A DNA stretch of 64,000 nucleotides from Alphaproteobacteria bacterium (GTDB lineage: Bacteria; Pseudomonadota; Alphaproteobacteria; MPNO01; UBA830), in the NCBI GenBank assembly GCA_965243135.1, contig OZ251539.1, forward strand, positions 2,336,001-2,400,000, given 5' to 3'. This document shows, piece after piece, positions 30,754-39,893 of the stretch; position 1 is the stretch's first letter; each line of letters begins with the position of its first letter. Made by a program: the position numbers and the translations under genes. Below the pieces are notes generated by a model, which worked only from the letters and a program-made list of their open reading frames with translations, was not told the origin of the DNA and did not search any database.

Positions 30754-33081
30754 TCACGCGCCGACCGCCGAACCTCGGGCCTGCATGGCCCTCCACACGC
30801 GTTCGGGGGTGGCGGGCAAGTCGATATGGGTCACGCCGTACTCCGAGAGCGCATCGACGATCGCGTTGGCGACGGCCGCAGGGGCGACGGCCGCGCCGCC
30901 TTCGCTGCCGGGCTTGACGCCCAGGGGATTCGACGGGCTCGGCACCTCCATCAGCACCGTCCTGAACGGAGGCGAATCCTCCGCCCGCGGCATGGCGTAG
31001 TCCATGAGCGTCGCGGCGGCCATCTGCCCGGTTTCCTTGTCGTAGGCGCAACTCTCCATCAACGCCTGACCTACGCCCTGCATGACGCCCCCATGAGTCT
31101 GACCGTCGAGGGTCATGGGGTTTATGGCCCTCCCAACGTCGTCGACGGCCGTCCAGTCGACCACCGAAACCGCCCCCGTTTCCGGATCGATCTCGACCTC
31201 GGCGACGTGGCAACCCGAACCGATCACCGCCCGCGGCAGATGAACGTCCGCCTCCTCGCGCAACGGTCCTTCCGCATCTTCGGCGGCCTTTTTCGCGATT
31301 TCGAACAAGCCGACCGTCCTGTCTGTTCCGGCGACGGCGAACGTCCCGCGCGAATATTCGATATCCGTCTCCGCCGCCTCAAGAACGACAGCCGCGATCC
31401 GCCTGCCGCGCTCGACGATCCTGGCGCCGGCGTCGGAGAGCACGATCGCCCCCATGCGCATGCTGCGCCCCGAATGGCTGCCGCCGCCGTCCTTCAGGCG
31501 GTCGGTATCGCCATAGTTCACGTTGACCGCTTCGTAAGGAACCTGCAGAAGCTCCGCCAGCATCTGACTGAAGGACGTTCGGTGCCCCTGCCCGGTCGCC
31601 ATGGTGCCGATCTGAACGTCGATTTCGCCGTCGGGGCGGACGTGGATTTCCGCCCATTCGCGCGGATATCCCGTGGACAGGTCGGCGTAGTTGGAAATTC
31701 CGATCCCGCGCAGCATGCCGCGGCGGCGCGCTTCTTGCCGCCGGTTCTCGAAGCCGCGCCAGTTCGACGCCTCGGCGGCTTTCGCCATCGCCGCCGGATA
31801 ATCGCCGGAATCGTAGGTCATGCAGAAACCGTTGTCGTAAGGCATCGCATCCGGCGGGATCAGGTTGCGGCGGCGTATCTCCAGCCGGTCGAGGCCGGTC
31901 GCCGATGCCGCCATATCGATCATGCGCTCCATCGCGTACATGACCTCGGGGCGGCCGGCGCTGCGATAGGGATAGGTCGGCGGCGTATTGGTTTGCACGG
32001 CGACCGCCCGCGCCGAGACCTTTCCCGGACTGTAAAGGCATGTGGAAATCTCGATGCCCTTGACCAGCGGGATCCATGACGCGGAATAGGCGCCGACATT
32101 GGAGGTATTTTCCGTTCTGAGCGCCAGCATGCGGCCGTCCCGGTCGAACGCGAGCCTGGCATCGACCACGAGGTCGCGAGCCTGATAGTCGGTGAGCATG
32201 CATTCGGTCCGGTCCCCGGTCCACTTGACCGGCCGGCCCAGCCGCCGCGCAGCCCACAATACCAGCGCATGCTCCACGTAAAGCGCGTTGCGCGGACCGT
32301 AGGAACCGCCGGCATCGCCGATGACGATGCGAACGTCGCCTTCATCCACTCCGAGCAACCCGGCGAGCTCCACCTTGTACCGGTAGATGCTGCCGGCCGT
32401 GGTTCGCAGGGTGTAGCGACCATCCTTCCCGAAGACGCCCAGAGAAGAGCGCGGTTCCATGACGACCGCCGAAACCCGGCTGAGCGCGGTCCGGAGCGAC
32501 ACGACATGCGCGGCTCCGTCGAAAACCTTGTCGGTCGACGCCGCTTCGTTGACATCGGCATCGATAGCGACGTTCGAACCGTGATCGGGCCAGACCAACG
32601 GCGCCTCGGGACCGGCCGCCTTGCTTGTGTCGACGATGGCCGGCAGCGGCGCGTAGTCGATGCGGATCCGTTCCGCGGCGTCCCTCGCCTCCGCCACGGT
32701 TTCGGCGACGACCATCGCGACCGGCTCGCCGACGTAACGCGCCCTATCGGCCGGCAACGGGTAATGCGGCGCGGCGAAACGGTCGCTGCCGTCGCGATTC
32801 CGTAGCGCGATGTCCGGTGGGCTCGAGAAACCGAGGTTATGCGGGATCGCGCCGAGGCCGTCGGACAGCCAGTCGGCGCCGGTCAACGCCGCAAGGACGC
32901 CGGGAGCGCTCTCCGCGGCGGTCGCGTCGACGGAACGGATCAGGGCGTGAGCGTAGGGCGACGCCACGAAGACCGCGCGAACCTGGCCGCTCAGCTCGGC
33001 GTCGTCCGCGAAGCGGCCTCGACCGGTGAGCAGATGCAGGTCTTCCTTGCGAAGCGGAGATCGACCGATCATCGCGTTCAT
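30754..33081 (-). CDS. Xanthine dehydrogenase family molybdopterin-binding subunit (CoxL/CutL-like)
   Basis: RKED..LLTG.GRF.DD, MEPR, RPVKW, PYRSAGRPE, GQGH.T, GQTHGG..QG and NPLGVK...E. Confidence 0.92.
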   Translation of the reverse strand: MNAMIGRSPLRKEDLHLLTGRGRFADDAELSGQVRAVFVASPYAHALIRSVDATAAESAPGVLAALTGADWLSDGLGAIPHNLGFSSPPDIALRNRDGSDRFAAPHYPLPADRARYVGEPVAMVVAETVAEARDAAERIRIDYAPLPAIVDTSKAAGPEAPLVWPDHGSNVAIDADVNEAASTDKVFDGAAHVVSLRTALSRVSAVVMEPRSSLGVFGKDGRYTLRTTAGSIYRYKVELAGLLGVDEGDVRIVIGDAGGSYGPRNALYVEHALVLWAARRLGRPVKWTGDRTECMLTDYQARDLVVDARLAFDRDGRMLALRTENTSNVGAYSASWIPLVKGIEISTCLYSPGKVSARAVAVQTNTPPTYPYRSAGRPEVMYAMERMIDMAASATGLDRLEIRRRNLIPPDAMPYDNGFCMTYDSGDYPAAMAKAAEASNWRGFENRRQEARRRGMLRGIGISNYADLSTGYPREWAEIHVRPDGEIDVQIGTMATGQGHRTSFSQMLAELLQVPYEAVNVNYGDTDRLKDGGGSHSGRSMRMGAIVLSDAGARIVERGRRIAAVVLEAAETDIEYSRGTFAVAGTDRTVGLFEIAKKAAEDAEGPLREEADVHLPRAVIGSGCHVAEVEIDPETGAVSVVDWTAVDDVGRAINPMTLDGQTHGGVMQGVGQALMESCAYDKETGQMAAATLMDYAMPRAEDSPPFRTVLMEVPSPSNPLGVKPGSEGGAAVAPAAVANAIVDALSEYGVTHIDLPATPERVWRAMQARGSAVGA

Positions 33082-33213
33082 GCGCTCTCCCCTATGTTGG
33101 CGACGCTCCGTGATCCAGCCGCCGCGACCGCCAACTTTGTTAATCGCAGCCGGATTCGTCAAGATACGGACCGCGGCGCGGCGCGACTTCGCCCGCCGGA
33201 GCTTGCGCCTTGA

Positions 33214-33332
33214 CGTCGGCAGGCCCGCAAGGGCCTCTCGGACGTTCGAATTTCAAAACGAAAAGCGAATATCCGGTTGCCGCGGCATCGCGTCGCAACC
33301 CGGGGCGAGCCTGGCCGTGACGCGGGCGGCCA
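33214..33332. repeat. Dispersed intergenic repeat, copy B
   Basis: Colinear with 16447-16563 (see copy A). Confidence 0.75.
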
Positions 33333-33490
33333 GTTGCGGGAGCGTCGGCAAACATCGAGGGAGCGAGTCAAGTCCTCCGCCGGCGACGACATGGATCGCG
33401 AGGCCGCCCTTTGCAGCCCGGCGGCCACGAGAATCAGGCGGATCGCCTTCAAACGGGGCGTTATGTGCGGCTCGAGCGCCGTTCTACGGA

Positions 33491-33852
33491 TTAGGTGGTG
33501 TTTTGCCGAAACCAGTCGGCGAGTCCTGCCTCTGTGATTTCTCCGTCCGCGACTCCTTCCATGATAGCTGCCGCATGAACGAAACTTGAGGTTATTCTGT
33601 TGTCGACCAGAAACAAACGGGCCGTAATCCGCGCGCTTGTTGCCCATGGTTTTTCGCGATACCCCAAGCGTAGGACGCAGCCAGCGCAGCGGCACCCTGA
33701 TCGCCATAAACGGCAAGGTTTCTCGGGCGCGTGCGAGCGGACTCCACGGCGCCGGGAGCCCGTACGCCGCCTAACCCGCCATGCTCGTGGATTTGATCAT
33801 CATGAATTTCGTGGACAGTTTTCAGATCAATTCAGCGCCAGACGGCGTTCAC
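33491..33852 (-). pseudogene. doc: Doc (death-on-curing) toxin pseudogene
   Basis: GTG overlaps the antitoxin stop. Reads MNAVWR*IDLKTVHEIHDDQIHEHGG..GVR..GAVESA..RP.N...ALAASYAWGIAKNHG, then a frameshift/deletion to GNKRA, then ARLFLVDN...MEGVADGEITEAGLADWFR. In-frame TGA at 33832-33834. Confidence 0.85.
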
Positions 33853-34070
33853 TTCGCAAGCGCTCGCAATATCTCACGGTCATCGTGCATAATTCTCTTG
33901 GCGAGCGTCATTCGACGTTCGCGGTCCAAACGGTGGCGGCTAAGTCGAAAGCTGCCGTCCTCCTCCTCGGTCAGATAGAAGACGTCGCCTTCCCTTAACC
34001 CCAGCTGCGCCATTTCCTCCTTTGTGAGGGTAAGGCCGGAAGGCCCAGCGGAAATTTTGAGCGAAAGCAT
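33849..34070 (-). CDS. AbrB/MazE-family antitoxin of a Doc module
   Basis: MLSLKI..G.SGLTLTKE..AQLGLREGD.FYLTE..DG.FRL...MTLAKRIM..DREILRALAK. GGAG RBS, coupled to doc. Confidence 0.85.
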   Translation of the reverse strand: MLSLKISAGPSGLTLTKEEMAQLGLREGDVFYLTEEEDGSFRLSRHRLDRERRMTLAKRIMHDDREILRALAK

Positions 34071-34161
34071 CCCTGCTCCGAAGTGCAACGCTTGGTTGGC
34101 CTGCGGCGATCCCCGCATAGAAGGCAATATTAGAGACACGTTGCCTATCGAGGCAAGGCGC

Positions 34162-34262
34162 TGTCAGTAACAGATGATATGTCCGGTTTTAGAACGTTTC
34201 CAGACCAAGGAGGTGGCGGCGGACGGAACGGCGACAGGGACTGAGGAAGTTCGAAGAGGCAT
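34162..34262 (+). mobile_element. Remnant left end of an IS1202/ISNCY-like element
   Basis: TGT-initiated end TGTCAGTAACAGATGATATGTCCGGTTTT, then AGGAGG and a start-less frame RRTERRQGLRKFEEA resembling the N-terminus of such transposases. Recognised from memory of the family. Confidence 0.55.
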
Positions 34263-34348
34263 CGCGCCCAAGGCTGGTTCCGCGACGGCTTCGACGCCAT
34301 CGTTCCCGGAGACGTCGGGCTGCGCCCGATTCCGGGGTCGCGCCCCGG

Positions 34349-35221
34349 TCAGGAGAGGGAGCGGTACCAGTCGAGTATGCGGCCGCCGGTCCACATGACC
34401 GCGCCGCCGGAAGAGGAAATCGCGTCGAGCGTCTTCTCGAAATGCTTGATGCGGAACGACGTCCCGGAAATATAAGGGTGAACGGCGATCGCCATCACCC
34501 GCGCCCCGTTCTCCCCTTCGAGATGCAGGCGCTCGAAGCTGTCCATGCAGCGATCGTAGAATTCCGCCGCCTTGTGATGCTGGACGAGCATCATCGGGAT
34601 GTCGTTGAGCTCCACCGTGTAGGGAACGGAAATCAGCGGACCATGCTCCGTGCGTATTTCGAACGGCAGATCGTCCATCGGATAATCCGCGACGTATTCG
34701 ATGCCCTGCTCGGCGAGATAGTCGGGCGTCTCCCAGGTTTCCGTCAGCCCGGGGCCCATCCAGCCCCGCGGCGGGCGGCCCGTGAAGTCCCTGATCGCCT
34801 CGATGGTGCGGCGGATGTCGTCGCGCTGGTCCTCGATCAGATGGGTCGGACGCTGAAGGAAGGCGTGACCGAGAAACTCCCATCCGGCATCCCTCGCGGC
34901 GCCGGCGAGGCGCGGGTACTGCGCGCACACCGAACCGTTCACCGACATCGTCACGGGAATTCCGCGCGACGTCAGGGCTTCGTGCAGCCGCCAGAATCCG
35001 ACCCGCATGCCGTATTCCTGCCACGACCAGTTGGGAATGTCGGGAACGTGCGTCCGCCCGCCCGGCGGCGGCAGCACCGTGCGCGGCATGGGTTTTTCGA
35101 TGTCCCAATTCTCGATGTTGACGACGACCCAGACGGCTACGCGCTTGCCGTCGGGCAAGGCCGCGGGAGGCCGATCCGCGATGGCCGAATAGTCGATGCG
35201 GTCGCGGGGTTTGAGAACCAT
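34349..35221 (-). CDS. Polysaccharide deacetylase family protein (PuuE allantoinase-like)
   Basis: YSAI.DRP...LP.GKRVAVW, NWSWQEYGMRVGFWR, PRGWMGPG, PYTVELND and AVHPYISG. Confidence 0.9.
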   Translation of the reverse strand: MVLKPRDRIDYSAIADRPPAALPDGKRVAVWVVVNIENWDIEKPMPRTVLPPPGGRTHVPDIPNWSWQEYGMRVGFWRLHEALTSRGIPVTMSVNGSVCAQYPRLAGAARDAGWEFLGHAFLQRPTHLIEDQRDDIRRTIEAIRDFTGRPPRGWMGPGLTETWETPDYLAEQGIEYVADYPMDDLPFEIRTEHGPLISVPYTVELNDIPMMLVQHHKAAEFYDRCMDSFERLHLEGENGARVMAIAVHPYISGTSFRIKHFEKTLDAISSSGGAVMWTGGRILDWYRSLS

Positions 35222-35250
35222 TTCCGTCCGGCCGGCCGACGGCCGCCCTC

Positions 35251-36603
35251 CTAATTTCCCATCAGGCTCGGCAGATACAGCGCGACCCCCGGCGCGATGA
35301 CCAGGATGACGATCAGTATCAGGTCGCACAGCAGGTACGGCGCGGCGGCGAGCGCCACCTGGCCGAGCGTGGTTCCGCGCACCATTCCCATCATTATGAA
35401 CAGGAGCAATCCGAACGGCGGAGTCGTCGCGCTCATCTCCAGGGACATGAGGACGATCAGCGAGAACCATATCGGGTCGTACCCGAGCTGCGTCGCGATC
35501 GGATAGAAGATCGGCACCGTGATCAGCATCATCGAAACCTGGTCCATGAACATGCCGAGCAGAATCAGGACCAGGAACATCGCCGCGAGAATGACTAGCG
35601 GCGCCACCTCGAAACCGGTCGCCCAGGCGACGAAGCCGCGGCTCGCCCCCGAATAGGACAGCAACTGGCTGAACACCGTGGAATTCATCAGGATGAAGAA
35701 CACCATCCCGACCACCCGGATCGTGCCGATCAGCGACGTCTTGAAGGCGTCCCACGTGAAGACGCCGCGCAACAGCGCCAGGATGCAGACGCCGACCACG
35801 CCGAAAGAGGCCGATTCCGAAGGAGTCGCCCAGCCCAGCACGATGAAGCCGATGACGAGAAAGACCACGAAGCCCATCGGCAGGATGTTCACGAAAATCT
35901 GATAGGCTTTCTGCTTCCAGGTCGTCGAATCCACCTCGTAGCTGGGCGCCCCTTCCGGGTTCATCACGAGCATCAGCGTGATCATGCCGGCGTAGAGCCC
36001 GGCCAACAGGAAGCCCGGCAGGAGCCCGGCGATCAGAAGGGCGCCGACGTCGACGCCCGCGATGCTGGCCAGCAATACGCCGAGCGACGACGGGGGGATG
36101 ATCATCGCAAGGCCGCCGGTGCCGAGAATCGGCCCCATCGACATGTGCTTGTTGTAGCCGCGGCGCTGCATCTCGGGCACCAGCAACGAGCCGAGCATGG
36201 CCGTATTCGCCATCGTGGATCCGGTCAACGTCGAAAACAGGGAGCCGCCGATCACCGTCAGATAGCAGAGGCGGCCGGGGATCTTGCCGAGCAACGTATC
36301 CAGCGCGTCGAAGACGCGGATGGCGAGGCCCGTGTGGAAGAACAGCGACCCCATGAGGATGAACATGGGAATCGGCGACAGGGTGAAGGTCGTGATGAGT
36401 TGCGGCGCGTTGTCGACGATCTGGGGCAGCTTGAGTTGGGCCTCGCTCAAAAAGCCGCCCAACTCCCAGACCGGCTTGCCGATGACGAAGACGCAGGTGC
36501 CGATGACGTTGGTGATGAGGAAAGTGAAAGCGACCGGAAAGCCGAGCGCCATGCCGGTCACGACGCAGCCGAGAAGAATCGTGCCGGCCCAGTACCACTC
36601 CAT
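35251..36603 (-). CDS. dctM: TRAP transporter large permease
   Basis: IPMFILMG, LAMIIPPS, TPSESA and TTPPFG. Confidence 0.92.
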   Translation of the reverse strand: MEWYWAGTILLGCVVTGMALGFPVAFTFLITNVIGTCVFVIGKPVWELGGFLSEAQLKLPQIVDNAPQLITTFTLSPIPMFILMGSLFFHTGLAIRVFDALDTLLGKIPGRLCYLTVIGGSLFSTLTGSTMANTAMLGSLLVPEMQRRGYNKHMSMGPILGTGGLAMIIPPSSLGVLLASIAGVDVGALLIAGLLPGFLLAGLYAGMITLMLVMNPEGAPSYEVDSTTWKQKAYQIFVNILPMGFVVFLVIGFIVLGWATPSESASFGVVGVCILALLRGVFTWDAFKTSLIGTIRVVGMVFFILMNSTVFSQLLSYSGASRGFVAWATGFEVAPLVILAAMFLVLILLGMFMDQVSMMLITVPIFYPIATQLGYDPIWFSLIVLMSLEMSATTPPFGLLLFIMMGMVRGTTLGQVALAAAPYLLCDLILIVILVIAPGVALYLPSLMGN

Positions 36604-36605
36604 GG

Positions 36606-37121
36606 TCAGACGCCGTCCTTCACTTCTCCGAGGTCGTAGGAGTAGTAATGCCGCCGTCCGATCAGGTACATGAGAAACTCGAGCGTGACGAGGGCGAAAC
36701 CGATGATCATCGGGAAAAACTGCGCCCAGTAGGGCATGTCGACGCCGCGCACGTCGAGTTGCCCGGACTCTGCCGCCTCGACGAACAGGCCCCAGGCGAA
36801 GAACGTGAACAGCGCCGCCGCCAGCGTGCACGTCGTGTAGACGAGCTTCGCCAGCGGCAGCCGCACTCCGTTCGGCAAAATCGAAACGACCGCCTCGATG
36901 GCGACGTGCCCCTTCTCGCGCACCAGCCACGGCGCGGCGAACATGGCGATGTACAGGAGCGCGTACTCGACCACGGACGACGTGAACAGGGGCGGCGTGA
37001 CTCCAACCGTTCGCAGCGAGACGTCGACTACGATCATCGTGAACAGGCAGGGAATGACGGCGCTGGCCGCCCAGGCCAGCGCCGTCGAAACCTTGCCGAG
37101 AATCCGGTCGAAGCGGTCCAC
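36606..37121 (-). CDS. dctQ: TRAP transporter small permease
   Basis: Four TM segments with DVSLR, EYALLY and KGHVAIE. GTG start estimated. Confidence 0.85.
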   Translation of the reverse strand: MDRFDRILGKVSTALAWAASAVIPCLFTMIVVDVSLRTVGVTPPLFTSSVVEYALLYIAMFAAPWLVREKGHVAIEAVVSILPNGVRLPLAKLVYTTCTLAAALFTFFAWGLFVEAAESGQLDVRGVDMPYWAQFFPMIIGFALVTLEFLMYLIGRRHYYSYDLGEVKDGV

Positions 37122-37126
37122 GGCGG

Positions 37127-38158
37127 TTACTGACGAAGGCGGGAGGTCGCGCTCTTCAGATCCACCTGGCGGTTGGGCTTGCCCGGAACGTACATCAGGG
37201 GCTTCAACCTGTCGTGGAATTCGGAACGCTTCTTCAGCTCCTTCCAGATCTCCTGATGCGCGATGTCGAGGTAGCTCGCGGCGGCGTCGCCCTCGAGGAC
37301 GATGTCTTCGACGCCCGCCGCCTTGAGTTGGACTTCTTCCTCGTGCCGCGACTTTTCGACGAAACGAACGGAGGTCGTTTCGTATTCGACCGCGAGGTCG
37401 TCCAAGGCCTTTCGCTGCCCGTCGGAGAGCTTTTTCCAGGACGCCGCGTTCACGGTGATCACCGTGTTGGTCTGGTAGAAGTTCGGCACGACGCGGAACT
37501 TCGTGACCTTGTGGAAGCCGTTCGGCACCACCGAGACGTCCGTAAAGCCGAAACCGTCGACGGTGCCGCGCTGCATCGCGGTGAAGACCTCGCTTCCCTT
37601 GATGTTGATCGTGGACGCGCCGAGCGCCCGGAACAACGGACGATAGGTTCCGGTCGCGCGCATCTTCATCCCCGTCAGATCGGGAAGGCCGTTCTTCATC
37701 TTCGGCTTCTTGGCGAGATACATGTGATAAGACGTCATGCTCTCGCCCCAGGCGAGCAGGTGCGCGCCCGCCTTTTTCATATACACCTCCTGAAGCACTT
37801 CCCATGCGCCGTTCTTGCGCAACGCGGAGGGGCCTTGGTTCGCCGCGAGAATCGCGTAGCCTTCGGGCACCGTGCCGATGTAGTAGGCGGTCGGCGAATG
37901 CAGCATGTCGAATTGTCCGCGCTTCAACGCGTTCGCGGCCTTGCGCGGCGGCACGATCTCCTGGCCGCCCTTGTATTCGACCTGAACCACTCCCTTCGCC
38001 GCCTTGTTCAACGGCGCAACGAAGGTTTCCAGGAAACTCTTGGTGAGCGTGTTGGTCTGCTGCAGCGACGTGACGGCGCTGAGCGAATCGAGCGAGAACG
38101 CCGGCGACGCTGCGAGGCAAGCAGCGGCGCCCAGCGCGCCAAATGCGAATCGTGACAT
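37127..38158 (-). CDS. dctP: TRAP solute-binding protein (paralogue 1)
   Basis: Signal peptide, GGQEIVP, KMRATG and MQRGTVDG. Confidence 0.9.
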   Translation of the reverse strand: MSRFAFGALGAAACLAASPAFSLDSLSAVTSLQQTNTLTKSFLETFVAPLNKAAKGVVQVEYKGGQEIVPPRKAANALKRGQFDMLHSPTAYYIGTVPEGYAILAANQGPSALRKNGAWEVLQEVYMKKAGAHLLAWGESMTSYHMYLAKKPKMKNGLPDLTGMKMRATGTYRPLFRALGASTINIKGSEVFTAMQRGTVDGFGFTDVSVVPNGFHKVTKFRVVPNFYQTNTVITVNAASWKKLSDGQRKALDDLAVEYETTSVRFVEKSRHEEEVQLKAAGVEDIVLEGDAAASYLDIAHQEIWKELKKRSEFHDRLKPLMYVPGKPNRQVDLKSATSRLRQ

Positions 38159-38194
38159 TCCATTCTCCAGATTATGAGCCCATCTAGCGAGCGT

Positions 38195-38222
38195 ACCATA
38201 GGCGAACTCCGCCCGGTGTCAA
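38195..38222 (-). promoter_or_regulatory. Putative internal sigma70 promoter for dctP paralogue 1
   Basis: TTGACA-16 nt-TATGGT on the minus strand, upstream of the GGAG RBS. Confidence 0.55.
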
Positions 38223-38273
38223 CGGCCGCGCCGCGCTCCGGGGGAAGCGTCCCCGGGTTCCGGCCGGCCGGCG

Positions 38274-39296
38274 TCAGCGGAGTTTCGAGCCGGTCGCGAA
38301 CGTGGCCTGCCGGTTGGGCTTCCCCGGGACGTACATCAGGGGACGAAGCTTGCCGGCGTACTCGGAGCGGTTTTCCAGTTCCTTCCAGATCGCGTCGTAC
38401 GCGGCGTCGAGATACTTCCTGGCCGCCTTGCCCTCGAGCACGATGTCCTTGACGCCGGCCGCCCTGAGTTGCTCGTCCTCCTTGAGGCGCTGCTCCTCCA
38501 TCCAGTGAACGGACGTGGTCTCGTATTCGATCGCGGCGTCGTTGACTTTCTTCCGGTCCTCCGCGCTCAGCGCTTTCCAGCTCTGCGGATTCATCGTCAG
38601 AACCTGATTGGTCTGATAGTAGTTGGGCAGGATCCGGTACTTCACCGCCTTGTGCAGGCCGATCGCGACGACGGCCACGTCGGGGAAGCCGAAGCCCTGG
38701 ACGGTTCCGCGCTGGATCGCGGTGAAGATTTCGCTGGACTTGATGTTGATGGTCGAGGCCCCGAGAGCCCGGAACAAAGGACGGTAGGTGCCGGTGGCGC
38801 GCATTTTCACGCCCGTGAGGTCGGGCGCGCCGTCCTTGTCGAGCTTCGGCTTGATCGTCAGATAGGTGTAGTAGGACGTCATGTTCTCGCCCCAGGCGAG
38901 AAGCTTGGCGCCTGCTTTTTTCAGATAGACCTCTTCGAGGACCTTCCAGCCGCCGTTCTTGCGGAGCGACGCCGGCCCCTGGTTGGATCCGTACATCGCG
39001 TAACCCTCGGGGACCGTGCCGATGTAATAGGCCGTGGGACTGCTCAAAAGATCGAACTGGCCGCGCCTGAGGGCGTTCGCCGCCTTGCGCGGCGGCACGA
39101 CCTCCTGACCGCCGATATACCTGACCACGAGCCCTTTCCTTTGCGCCGGTTCGAGGAAGTTCCTGAGAAAACTCTTCGCCAGCGTGTTCGTCTGCTGAAG
39201 AGCCGTGACCGCGCTGAGCTCCTTCGCCCCCGCCGAAGAAAATGCCAGAACCGCCGCCGTCAAGGCCGAGGCAGCGCCTGCGAATTTCGAGACCAT
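38274..39296 (-). CDS. dctP: TRAP solute-binding protein (paralogue 2)
   Basis: Signal peptide and clear full-length similarity to 37127-38158. Confidence 0.9.
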   Translation of the reverse strand: MVSKFAGAASALTAAVLAFSSAGAKELSAVTALQQTNTLAKSFLRNFLEPAQRKGLVVRYIGGQEVVPPRKAANALRRGQFDLLSSPTAYYIGTVPEGYAMYGSNQGPASLRKNGGWKVLEEVYLKKAGAKLLAWGENMTSYYTYLTIKPKLDKDGAPDLTGVKMRATGTYRPLFRALGASTINIKSSEIFTAIQRGTVQGFGFPDVAVVAIGLHKAVKYRILPNYYQTNQVLTMNPQSWKALSAEDRKKVNDAAIEYETTSVHWMEEQRLKEDEQLRAAGVKDIVLEGKAARKYLDAAYDAIWKELENRSEYAGKLRPLMYVPGKPNRQATFATGSKLR

Positions 39297-39695
39297 GATG
39301 TTCTCCCCGTCGTCGTTCGGGCTTCGCGCCCGTTCGGAAGCATAGTGCCGGCGGACGGCGAGATGTCAATCGTTCCGCGCCGGCGAAACGGTCTGCCGAA
39401 CGCCTGCGCCCCGGCCAGGAAGAGCGGCGCCCTTTCCTTCCACTCGGCGAGTGCAGGCGCTTCGTCGGGAGCGATTGCCTTCTTCGCCGCCTTGGAAGGG
39501 CTCGCGGGGGCGCCGCGCGAGAACGACCGGTCCGGGAGCGAAGTCGGGGTCTACCCGAGCGCGGCCGCGACAAGCGCTCCACGGGAGCGGACGGTCGGCG
39601 CGGCGCGGCCAAGGCAAGATCCACGAGGCGGCGCAGCGCAGCATCGTCGCCCGGCGTTTCCGCGAATCGCTCGCCCGTCCGGAGTCCTCGACGCC

Positions 39696-39725
39696 TTGAC
39701 TCGCCGGCCGATCCGTTCCGATACT
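39696..39725 (+). promoter_or_regulatory. Putative sigma70 promoter for the TauD-family gene
   Basis: TTGACT-18 nt-GATACT. Confidence 0.4.
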
Positions 39726-39893
39726 TCCCTCGCGACAGCGCATCCCGCCTGCCTGCGGCGCGCTCCGCAGTTCATGGGCCGGCAGCGGCTTCGAGGCCGG
39801 AGAACGTCCGGGATCCGCCCGAGCGGACCGCCGACGGCTCCGCGAAGCGAAGCGGCGAACCGGTTTCCGCCACTCCCTTGCCCGGAGGAAGGT

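Noticed and set aside
30754-33081. Aerobic CO dehydrogenase (coxL) call
   Set aside because: It lacks the AYXCSFR motif and has no coxM/coxS neighbours.
39726-39893. Riboswitch in the long leader of the TauD-family gene
   Set aside because: Only generic GC-rich hairpins are present, with no recognisable aptamer consensus.
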